DNA of 64,000 bases from Trichoplax adhaerens (Eukaryota; Animalia; Placozoa), in assembly GCF_000150275.1 (NCBI RefSeq), contig NW_002060946.1, forward strand, positions 6,540,936 through 6,604,935, read 5' to 3'. The translations under genes were made by a program, and so were the position numbers. The notes beneath the pieces were generated by a model that saw only the letters and a program-made list of their open reading frames with translations, was not told where the DNA came from and did not search any database. This document shows positions 1 to 11,975 of the stretch, piece after piece (positions within the stretch are counted from its first letter, which is position 1; every line of letters begins with the position of its first letter).

Positions 1-859
1 GTTTCACTATATTGATGTCGCTGTTAACGATAATGTTATTAAGAATAGTTTGCGTGATAAACAATTTAAAGAGGAGCTAATTTTACTAGCAATGAGTTAT
101 ATTAACGATTCTACAGAATGGGATCTAATGCCTGATAAATATAGTATTTTACAAGAAAAATATTACGGTGATGAGACCAAGTTATTGACATCGTTGGATC
201 AATCCATGCGTAACAGACAGAGCTCCAATCCGCAAAGCAAAGCAAAACCATCAAGTCAAGATGATGATACACTTCGCAATCAGCTATTTTCGATTTCGCG
301 AGAGAGCGATAACTACGATTCTACAAGTACAGATCCACTCCCAGAATTATCTAATTTGCTTGGTAAAATTAGTACTGGTAGTGAAAATAAACCAACTAGC
401 AAAAATCTTATTGAAGAGATATCTTCGACTGTTATACAAAATCCAAATCAAGTAGATACATACTGTACGCCCCAACATCAGATCCAAGTGTTTGGTCATG
501 ATCCGCCAATGATGATAATAACAATCAATTTACCCCAAACTGAATCGGTTCAAGAATGCGAATTAGACATTTCACAGGTATGTCATATAAAAGGTATCTA
601 ATACACTTTTGGCTATTTAGATTGTTTGTTCAAATGGGTATTTGTGTCAGTTATTTTTGATACTTATTCCATATCATGCTAATAATAACATGTTTATAAT
701 TTGCTATCTTGTGCTTTTTAGGTGGATTTAAACTTAATTGTACCGAGTAAATATAAATTACTGCTGAAATTTCCGCAGAAAGTGCAGGATGATTTAGCAA
801 AGGCAACTTTTAATAAGAAAAAAGGCGATTTAAAGATTAAGATTCCAATTGCAAGCTGA
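1..859 (+). CDS. PIH1 domain-containing protein (PIH1D2-like, R2TP/dynein-assembly co-chaperone), 5'-truncated; exons <1-577 and 722-859
   Basis: Frame from base 2 reads FHYIDVAVNDNVIKNSLRDKQFKEELILLAMSYI (PIH1 N-domain pattern). Donor CAG|GTATGT at 577/578 and acceptor TTTAG|GTG at 721/722 join MIITINLPQTESVQECELDISQ to VDLNLIVPSKYKLLLKFPQKVQDDLAKATFNKKKGDLKIKIPIAS* (CS domain). Confidence 0.8.
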
Positions 860-3176
860 AATGACCAAAATGATATACGATACGAGCATCATCAACCTGA
901 ATTGTATCCCGTTCAAAGAGAAATTTACTGTATAATATTAGCAGATTTCGCTTAATATTGAGGACAATATTTACGCGTAAATATTAATTACCTGTGATTG
1001 ATAACTTGAGAATGCTCTCTACATAGATTGACAAGTATTAGGATAATCAGATTATAAATATTCTGATAGTATTTCTTCACTTGAGCGGAGTGTATATTGA
1101 CATATGACATATACAAAATGTGATCGTATACCGCATCACTCTTACATAAAAATCGCATCACTTTGTTCTTCGTGAAGCAATGTCTTAATGGATTTCACAA
1201 TCTATAGCGGATTCAACTTTAATATGCTGCAAAAAATTATAAAATAAAATCTTGAGAAACTCCAAAATTGATTTAATTATGTTAAACATGCACAGTAATT
1301 CTATTTTAAAATCACATGGTAAGAAATGTTAACCACCATCAATTGAAGTTGTTTCTAACTCTCATGACGCATTTAAAAGCAAATCGACTGTAGTGATACT
1401 CAAATCGAGCCAGATACTCGTGTATTCCTTATCCGATCATTCTTATTGTAAATGTTAAATCCCCTTGATTATGAATGAAAGTGATAATTAGCTACATACA
1501 AGTAGTAATGGAATGACAAATTCTTACCGAGTACACGAACAGTTATACAGTATTAGTATTTTATGGCATTATGCTATTCAGTTTAGCTTGAAAGTAATTT
1601 AGACTGAAATCTAATGGACATTATGCTTTAGGATTTAAGTATTCTTATAATATAACCAATTAAAATTTAAGACTCTCCTTAACAGCAGTTGCTTAATCGC
1701 ATTCCATATCAATATCAAGCCCCAATTTATATACTCTATGTAATAGTGCACCTTACTTACCTTTTTGATACTTATTGAGGAGTTTTTTTTTCAACGTTTC
1801 ATGCATGAGCACATCCTTTCTAATAACACAATTCAACGTCCGTAACATGAAGATTTCCCTCAAAACTGCCGTTGGATAGTGTATAATGTGTATAATGATA
1901 ATGTATAACCACAAAACCCTTTTCAATTTTAGAGAATAAACGATACAATCGTAGTGCACGCCTTTATTTATCTAATATATATATGCATACAACGATATGG
2001 ATATATAAGTTAATATGATAATAAAGTCTGAAAATTAAGGTTTTCATGAAGACGTAATCTAGAGAGTGAGTAGAATTATATTTTGTCATCATCGGTAAAT
2101 ATAATAACTGTAGTGCTAATTTTCTTAGAATAGTTGATATCAATACTTTGATGGATAAATCCATGATCTTGAACAGTGAAATTTAAAAATCCACGATTAC
2201 CTTACAGTAGGCTATGAGAGAATGTGTATTACAACGAATAAGCTGTTAATGTACTAGGATTTCACACACTGTCTATTCACTCATAACATTTGATAAAGAA
2301 TATCTCTATGAGCGACCAGCTGTAATAAAATTATGCTCAATTAATCAGAGTAGTATTAGCAATGATAAATGTATAATGAAAGGTAATAGTGGCAAAGTAT
2401 CTAGTCAATTTACATGTTATCATCTTGCTTCATCACGAATCATTTCTTTCTCGAGCAGCATGCGAAGAAAGCTAATCGCTAATCATTACAAGGTAATATT
2501 ACATTTATTAGTTAATTTTCAACATTACGTTGAATAATTTTTTGATAGTAAGATTATGACATGCAGTGTATCCAAAGATAAACTCTATAGTTTCTTGCAA
2601 TAGATGACGTTTATCCAAAGTTAAAAATTGATCACGTCTATCACTATAACATCAGTGTATTATATCCTACTTTGTACATAATATTGGATGAGATCGTATG
2701 TATCAATTAACGAATGCAATTTTGAGTAATAATTTCAATGTCATACTATGTCATTCTTATATACTGTAGGTTAATCAGCAGTACTTCACTTCAACTAGTC
2801 TAAAGTATGGATTATGATAATTTGATAAAAGCAAATGCTAAATGTGATATAAGTATCCAAGCAGTTATCGTATTTACGTATATTATCGCTTCGAGAAATT
2901 AGACTGAATTTAATAGAATACATGAATTTCACGTATTTTACTATCTAGTCAAGCTTGTAGCATGATAAGATTTTGATTACATGATTGAAATGAATTCATT
3001 CACTGTTAAGAAGAATCATGAAAGTCTATCTACTACCTATGGTGATTAATAAGTCTTGTCAAATGATCCAGTACAAAACGTCATTCAACAGTCCAATTTT
3101 TCAATTAAAATAACTCGTATTTTCATGGTTAGAAGGTAAGGATGCCATCAAGGTATAGATTACGTTGAGAAATGGA

Positions 3177-3749
3177 TTAATCTGGTAGAAAGCATTGTCG
3201 AACTCGATCGTAGACGGCATCAACATTATCGGAGCTGGTGACCGTTCGTACTAAGCCTTGTTTCTCATAGTGTTGAATGATTGGTACGGTATCATTTTTA
3301 TAACCATTTAAACGCTTTCGTAATGTTTCATCATTGTCATCTTTTCGACCACTTGTCTGGCTGCGTTTTTTCACTCTTTCAATACAAATATCAAAGGGAC
3401 AATCCATAAAGAGGACAAACTTGACATTGGCTTTGCCTTCCATGTGACTATTCCAACCATTTAAATTGTCGTGATTACGTGGAAAACCATCGACTAGAAA
3501 TTTCTGAACAGGACTAGCAATCATCGCCTTCTCGATCAATCGTACCGTAATGGCAACAGGTACAATCTCGCCATTTTTAATATAACGATCAATGAGATCA
3601 CCATCTGCTGATCCTGAGTTCCTTTCGGCTCTTAACAAATCGCCAGCAGATAAATGGACGTAACCAAATTCTTGGACAATTTTGCTACATTGAGTCCCTT
3701 TACCAGCACCCGGCCCACCTAAAACAAATACAACACTAGGTTTTGCCAT
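3177..3749 (-). CDS. CMPK1: UMP-CMP kinase (adenylate kinase family), intronless; first ATG at 3749
   Basis: MAKPSVVFVLGGPGAGKGTQC P-loop, HLSAGDLLRAER, GEIVPV, FLVDGFPRN, SGRKDDN motifs. Confidence 0.95.
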   Translation of the reverse strand: MAKPSVVFVLGGPGAGKGTQCSKIVQEFGYVHLSAGDLLRAERNSGSADGDLIDRYIKNGEIVPVAITVRLIEKAMIASPVQKFLVDGFPRNHDNLNGWNSHMEGKANVKFVLFMDCPFDICIERVKKRSQTSGRKDDNDETLRKRLNGYKNDTVPIIQHYEKQGLVRTVTSSDNVDAVYDRVRQCFLPD

Positions 3750-3940
3750 CAACGTTGTTGCTAGTAAGCGAATAGAATGACGAATTAAAGCCACGACCGA
3801 TATTGATTGATTGAATGGCTCCTTCTCAAAATAATGTCAGCTACAATCATCCAGCAGTTGCCGTTCGATTTCAAATTTAAAGGGCACCTTTTCAATTGAG
3901 CGATGACGACAACGTTCTAAGTAACGGATACGCCATCCAA

Positions 3941-4782
3941 TGTGATGCCAATGGAATGGATTCGGACGGAGTGGATTTTCCAGCTGTGCACTGTACACTG
4001 TACACTGTACACAGCTGGACGGTTCCTGCAATACTGTACTGTACTGTACACTGTACTGTACAGTACAGTGTGATGCCAATGGAATGGATTCGGACGGAGT
4101 ACTGTAGATTTTCCAGCTGTGCACTGTACACTGTACACTGTACCGTACACAACTGGACCGTTACTGCAGTACTGTGTACTGTACAGTGTACAGTACACTA
4201 CAAATCCAACCGTACTACAGTACAGTACAGTACAGTACAGTACAGTACAGTAACAGTACGCATTGTACGTACAGTACTTTGAGTTGCAAATTTTGACCCA
4301 CTACCAGTTGTATTGTACTGTACAGTACAGTACTGTAAATGAGTGCACAGTACATACTGTACACTGTACCGCATATCGGATGTCGTCGTAACAGCTGTTC
4401 AAGTATGGAAACAACGTGGCATCAGTACAGCACAATGGACTGAGTCATAGTACGCATACTCACTCACTCGCTATCATGGAAACCTTTCTTCAGTAAGTGT
4501 ACAGTACACTGAGTCACTGAGTACAGTACGTACAGTATCTGAGTTATCAGGGTTATTATACTGTACTGTACTGTACTGTACCGTACTGTACTGTACAGTA
4601 CAGTAGCTTAAATAGCAAAGCCTACTGTACTGTACTGTACTGTACACTACAGTATACTGTATACAGTACAGTACAGTGCACAGACGCGTCACGACACAGT
4701 GTACAGTACTGTACTGTACAGTACTGTAGTCTTCAATCCTGTTATCCTTTTCCTGATACTGTACAATGTACAGTACTGTACA
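3941..4782. repeat. (ACAGT/ACTGT)n pentamer-rich block containing a ~128-bp direct duplication (3941 and 4069)
   Basis: Long TACAG and CTGTA runs. TGTGATGCCAATGGAATGGATTCGGACGGAGT occurs at 3941 and 4069. The overlapping 'YSTVQ/CTV' ORFs are translations of this repeat. Confidence 0.9.
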
Positions 4783-5133
4783 TTTGAAAACTGGTATTGC
4801 TATCAATGAGTAAAGTCCGACTCACAGCGATTTAATTGTTATAGGGTAAGTATGATAGCTGCTCATTAAAATGGAGCTGCAAATTGAGCGCTAGTAGATA
4901 TACAGTAGATTGCAATTTTCAACTGTGGTAGTTTGTAGTGAGTCAGGATGTTTGCATGAAATCCCATATGCATGCAACACCAACTGATTCGTGTCTTTAG
5001 AAGACCGAAAAATTGATTGAACACTGTTAAATGCTATAAATGAGTAAGTCCGACTAACAACGATTTATTTATAAAAGTATGCAGATGATTTATCTTTCAA
5101 TAAAAGCACCTAATCTGCCCGAGGTAACACAAT

Positions 5134-6515
<1,382 letters not shown>

Positions 6516-6664
6516 TTACGACGCTGCAAGATCTTCTTGTGAAAGCGATTGATACTAATTTACCGAGTTCTATTATACGTGAACAGTGTAGCTGCCATTT
6601 AACATGCCCAAAGGAAGATAGTAAAGTAGGGTATGATGTAACTATAACAAAAGTTGATTCATTT

Positions 6665-6675
6665 ATGACTCAGCG
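6665..6675. promoter_or_regulatory. Antioxidant-response-element-like site ATGACTCAGCG upstream of the GST pseudogene
   Basis: Matches the RTGAYnnnGC (CNC/sMaf, AP-1 core) consensus, ~190 bp upstream of the ATG. Confidence 0.5.
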
Positions 6676-7280
6676 TAACCACTAGAAATGTAATTCAGGA
6701 ATGATACTCACCGTAAATAGAGTACATAGCGTACAGGTTAAAACCCCTCTTTTTCACTTTTAATCAATCATAATTAATTCAAAATATTCGATCTACACTC
6801 AGTAGAGTATAGCTAGAGCTGAGTTAAGCCCCCTAGAACAAACTTGTACAATCGAACTCTAAGAAAACTAGACCGGACAGTGCATGCAATTTTAATGGGT
6901 AAAAATGGATGTGCAACAGCATTTATATGCAAAGTCCAGTTTCCACTATAAAATATGTGTACCTCGATGCTTTCCAACTAATTAGGGTAACTATAATACC
7001 AATATTGTACCAATCTTTAAACTTTAGACTTTAACTTGCATACTCAATCGTACAAAGCATAGTAACCCCAGATAGCAATACCACTATATATAGAGCTTTT
7101 TCAACAACTTTATTGAAAGCAAGTATGAGAGCTTATCCAATCATAAGGGTTATACTAAATGAACGCTAGGAGTAGCACAGAGTTCGACCAAAAATGACTT
7201 TACTAAGTGGCAACAATAGAGCATATCCGTACTTTAGATTTAATCTACAGGGAAAACTCTATTCCTATACGGGAAAAAAT

Positions 7281-9664
7281 TTAGAACATTGTTACAGGTC
7301 TTTTCGATCTCCAAGCAGCAATCTTAGGCATTTCCACAATACGATCGAAAAGTCCATTAAGACCTGGCAATTTATCCAGTGCCTGTTGGTTGATACCTTT
7401 GAGGTACTCACAAGCATGGAAGAAGTAGAAATCACCAACCGTTAACTGCAAAACGAATCATAAAGTTAATCGATTCATAATATTTGCATGTTGCGAAATT
7501 GTCAGTATATAGTATAACACATTCAGTAATGCGATATAAATTGTCAAAATAGTAACTACAACTTACGCGGTCACCAGCAAAATAATCGCCGTTTACTTGC
7601 TGAAATACTTCCTCCATTGAACTTAACCATTTTGGTATATAATTTTCAAAGACATCTTTCTGAATTTCAGCCTATATTAACACGAATAGGAATTAGTGAT
7701 GTTAAGAGTAAGTTGTTAATTTTAGTCCTGTTTTTATTCTAATAAAATGTCCCACTCGTGATACTTCGCGTAAGGTACTGTTACTATAATAAATTTTTGA
7801 ATGCGTATCTGCAAAAGTATCCCCTAAACCTCATAAAATATACGCTAGCGATTTCTAGCAAACATTATGTCAACAGACTGTAATATTCTATTAAGACTCC
7901 TTCATTAATTAGTAAATAAATTCATCGGAGAAATCGCTCTTCCTACACGGTTGAACTATTAAGATGTACTTCGGAACTTATCGCTACATCACAGAATATC
8001 ATTAGTGAAGTGAACCTTTTTTTCCGGATCTTTTTCAGCCTCTGCACTACCAAGTTTCTGTATCAAATCGGTAAAGGCTCCTTGAACAACATAAATTCGA
8101 TATTCCTCTTCATTAGTTTTACCATGTAATCCTAGAATAAAAAATGCGGCATTTCAAGATGTGTAACTTCAACATGATATTTACATATACAAGCACGAAA
8201 TAGATCTGCATTCCTCTATTCTGTATTGTAAACATTAGTCTATGATAAAAGGAATGACTATTGTTCATCGAATACCTCAACATTGAAGGTAATCCAATTT
8301 TACAAGGCTACTACTGTAATAAATAACTTTACAGCACAATTTAAAGCTATATTACGCCTAATTCACTTTTCACTAATCCTATTTTGCTAAAGATGGACTT
8401 CAATATCGTCTATAAGAAATACGTATAGTACTAGTCTATATCGCGTACTCATGATACTTGGCAGTTAGTGCCCTATATAGAGGATGACGAATAACTCACT
8501 CGCTTATTAACGAACATAATTTGGGCCATTTTGCATCGATAATTTTCTTCATTTGTAATTTGTTATCGCAGTAAATTAGCACGATATTGTAATACTACTT
8601 TAACATTCGAGTCCATTTCAGTCATGCTAACTATTATATACACTGCATTCTGTAGCATTGTTTATAATCCATTATGAAAGTATACCTAATTCACGAGCAA
8701 CATAGCCAGCAATGGCCTGACTTTGGTAAAAAGTATTACCATCAACTTCCAATACTGGCAACTGTCCGAAAGGTGATTTACAATCTGTAATTCAAGAAAA
8801 TTAAGCTTAGTACCATTGAAGCATCAATTCTTAAGGTAATGTGGCTAAGACAGTATCTGTACTGCGTTGTTGCCATATACTGTAACGATAATGTTCGATA
8901 ATTAATTAATCAACTCGAATCACAGTCGATAGGATAGTTGAATAATCTAGAAATAGGTGGTCATGATACGTAAAATGCCCAAAATGCTCAGCTTAACTTA
9001 CAAACTACTCTTGTATCTAAAGATACGATGTGCCAAGGTGCTGTATATTTTATGCTAACACTCAATCAGGCAGCCTTACGAGCTATCCAACCAAGCTACA
9101 GCAATTTCAACTCTCCTAGACTGCCCCATGTAATTCCATAGTAAAGTGATAGAACTACGGCTTAGTAACTATCGTATCTGAATCAGTACATTCACTATTA
9201 TACGGTAGAGTACGATGGATCGATCAGTAGACGAGAGACTTGATTTACGATACTATTTTACTGCATATACTGTAAGACATGGGCAGTGTTTACAATAAAT
9301 CCTAGACGTTGAAAACATGAAAGAATCTACACTGGTAATCAAGGTTGCTGCAAAACATACAGTGGCACGACTGGCAAAGAAAATCAATTCAGACCAGATA
9401 GAAACTCTAGTCTCTACCTTTGTACCTACTGTAAGGATTACATGTAATTCATCATTCTTCGATCATAGTACTATGATAATAGATATCTAAGAGTAGGTCA
9501 ACATTTTTGTTTAAACTGTAACTTAACGAACCAGCTTTTATCTTTGCCCATTCTTCGCCAGTCACACGAACATCTTCGTATTCTACACCGGCTGCAGCGA
9601 ATAAATAACGCGTTACTTCTGCGCGTCCACGGCTATTAAAATATATCAACTTGTAGTTGGGCAT
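7281..9664 (-). CDS. Sigma-class glutathione S-transferase (HPGDS-like), 205 aa; exons 9664-9532, 8784-8686, 8131-8016, 7671-7567, 7445-7281
   Basis: [22 protein letters not shown] (catalytic Tyr), [54 protein letters not shown]. All introns are GT-AG and in phase (618 nt). Confidence 0.93.
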
Positions 9665-9753
9665 TTTCAATTTAGTTAGCAAATATGAAGAGGGAGTCAA
9701 CCAAAGCACCAAGCTGAAAATTGCGATGTGTCAAAATCGTTGGTAGAAGGGCA

Positions 9754-9761
9754 TTTATATA
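9754..9761 (-). promoter_or_regulatory. TATA box (TATATAAA) of the intact GST
   Basis: tttatata on the + strand, ~90 bp upstream of ATG 9664. Confidence 0.55.
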
Positions 9762-9820
9762 CTGTACTCAATGTCTGCGGCCATACGCTTACGCTATAAA
9801 CAGAGTAGCTCATACAAGCC

Positions 9821-10504
9821 ATTAAAGCTGACTCAGCTTTGAAGGCATTCTGCAAGCTTGTCAAAACCATAGTTCGACGGTACAGTGTACAGTACACAGT
9901 CTACAGTACTCCTCACTGTAATGTTACACTGTACACTGTAGAGGAGTGTACTGTACACTAGTGTACACTGTACAGTACAGTACAGTAGTGTACCATCAAG
10001 CCTCGCCCACCGTCAGCCCTAGCAGTCCAGTAAGTGAATCGCTGGGACAAGAGCTTGTATCAAATATAACACCTCATGGTAAAGTGGCGATCAAGCATCA
10101 CAAGACGTCAACCACTACGATCAAAGTCGCTGATTAAGCATATCCTCCAGTTCGAGCTTTGGGAAATCCTGAGGTTGCAAAATTAAAGCTGACTCAGCTT
10201 TGAAGGCATTCTGCAAGCTTGTCAAAACCATAGTTCGACGGTACTGTACAGTGTACAGTACAAGTCTACGGTACTCGCTACTGTACTATTACACTGTACA
10301 CTGTAACCATCAAGCCTCGCCCACCGTCAGCCCTAGCAGTCCAGTAAGTGAATCGATGGGACAGGAGCTTGTATCAAATATAACAACACCACGTGGTAAA
10401 GTGGCGATCAAGCATCACAAGACGTCAACCACTACGATCAAAATCGCTGATTGAGCATATTCTCCAGCTCGAGCTTTGGGAAATCCTGAGGTTGCAAAAT
10501 TAAA
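9821..10504. repeat. Tandem duplication (~361 bp + ~320 bp) in the divergent GST/exonuclease promoter; each unit starts with a MARE-like palindrome and contains ACAGT/ACTGT runs
   Basis: ATTAAAGCTGACTCAGCTTTGAAGGCATTCTGC...GGGAAATCCTGAGGTTGCAAAATTAAA at 9821 and 10182. The units differ mainly in pentamer content. Confidence 0.92.
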
Positions 10505-11138
10505 ATCTTCCTACCATCGCTACTATTTAACCACAAGTTGATACTGTATCAGTATAAACTTATGCTTCATGATAACTGGCTACAACCATAAGAGTTCAAT
10601 TTAATTCAGTAATCGAGTGATCGTCGTCGTCTTGGAATCGAAAACTGAAATCTACTGTTCAACCAATTAGGACATTCTCTCGATAGAATTGCTGATTGAT
10701 CGCATCTCAAATCATTCAAGTAATATTCCATTGGCAAGGTAAATATCCATTCTAGTCAATGTGACCATTAGCATAGAGGAATGCAATGATAGTGAATCGT
10801 TCGTTGGTCTTATTCTGGTGACATGAACGTAGGCATAACTGGATCGTTCTAGAGTAAGCTAAGATGAGTAGAAAGATATAGAGAGGCAATGAATGACTGA
10901 CTTGCTGACTGGAGGAGTTCTATCAGTCAGCAGAATAATAGTCATGGCGTTGAACGAATGATTATGCTAATAAATTCACCATGATCATATAACAGCCCTT
11001 CGATAGTATTCTTTTGCGCTAATGGGTGAACACTGGATAGACAACGCAGTATACATGCTTAGTTATGTCCTAGCATAAATAACGGTAGACTGACGGTGAT
11101 TCTCTTATTCATTCATCTTATAGATCATAATAGTTATA

Positions 11139-11975
11139 ATGGCCAACGACAAGACATGTTATGATGAAATGGAAGATCAATCGTGTTCGCCACGTAAAAG
11201 GAATAAGACTACTACATCTAAACGAAAGAAACACAAATTGAAGTTAAGTCGCCATCATCGCCTGGAAACGTCCTCTTCAATTAGTTCAGAGTACACAGAC
11301 GAAGAAGTACCTTGTTGTAACGATAGGAGAAATAGCGATGATACTCGCAAAGATAAGACCGATAGCATTGATATCCTACCTAGTGCTGATCAACTTGTAG
11401 GCTTAGATTGTGAAATGGTTGGCGTTGGCAAAAGCAAGCGCAGTGCCTTAGCTCGTGTAAGTATCGTTAGCTATGATGGCGTCATTGTATACGATAAATA
11501 TGTCAGGCCTGATGAAGAAATAACAGACTATCGAACTCGTTGGAGTGGCATTCGTAAATCACATATGAAACAAGCTATATCAATGACGCAAGCTCGTCAG
11601 GAAGTTTTAACGATCCTTCGCGATAAAATTGTTATCGGCCATGGTCTTAAATTCGACTTTGAAGTCCTACAGTTTCAATTACCTTCTACTTCGAAAAGAG
11701 ACACAGCCAATTACCTTTGGCTCAGGCGGTTAGCTGACGTGCGGCCGTGTGTAACACCTTCGTTAAAAACTTTAGCAAGAATTATATTAAACAAAACTAT
11801 ACAAACTGGAGAACATTGTAGTGTAGAAGATGCTCGTACTGCAATGCAGTTGTACCGTTTGGTCAGCAATAAATGGGAATTAGATTTGAAACAGCACTCG
11901 AAATCCTTTATGGAGGATGAATATTGGCCAATGAAATTACTAAATCAAACTGGTTCTATTAACAATATTAATTAA
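11139..11975 (+). CDS. DEDDh 3'-5' exonuclease, ISG20L2/AEN/REXO4 family; intronless ORF, probable 5'UTR intron ~10739-11123
   Basis: LVGLDCEMVGVG..SALARVSIV..YDKYVRP..ITDYRTRWSGIR, IGHGLKFDF, RDTA, PSLKTLA..IQTGEHCSVEDARTAMQLY. Basic NLS-like N-terminus (PRKRNK, KRKKHK). Confidence 0.92.
   Translation: MANDKTCYDEMEDQSCSPRKRNKTTTSKRKKHKLKLSRHHRLETSSSISSEYTDEEVPCCNDRRNSDDTRKDKTDSIDILPSADQLVGLDCEMVGVGKSKRSALARVSIVSYDGVIVYDKYVRPDEEITDYRTRWSGIRKSHMKQAISMTQARQEVLTILRDKIVIGHGLKFDFEVLQFQLPSTSKRDTANYLWLRRLADVRPCVTPSLKTLARIILNKTIQTGEHCSVEDARTAMQLYRLVSNKWELDLKQHSKSFMEDEYWPMKLLNQTGSINNIN

Noticed and set aside
3837-4806. Several overlapping Cys/Tyr/Thr/Val-rich ORFs
   Set aside because: They are translations of the stop-poor ACAGT/ACTGT pentamer repeat in multiple frames, with no protein signature.
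9946-10454. Two similar short ORFs (HQASPTVSPSSPVSES...)
   Set aside because: They result from the promoter tandem duplication, start at non-ATG codons and show no splice or domain support.
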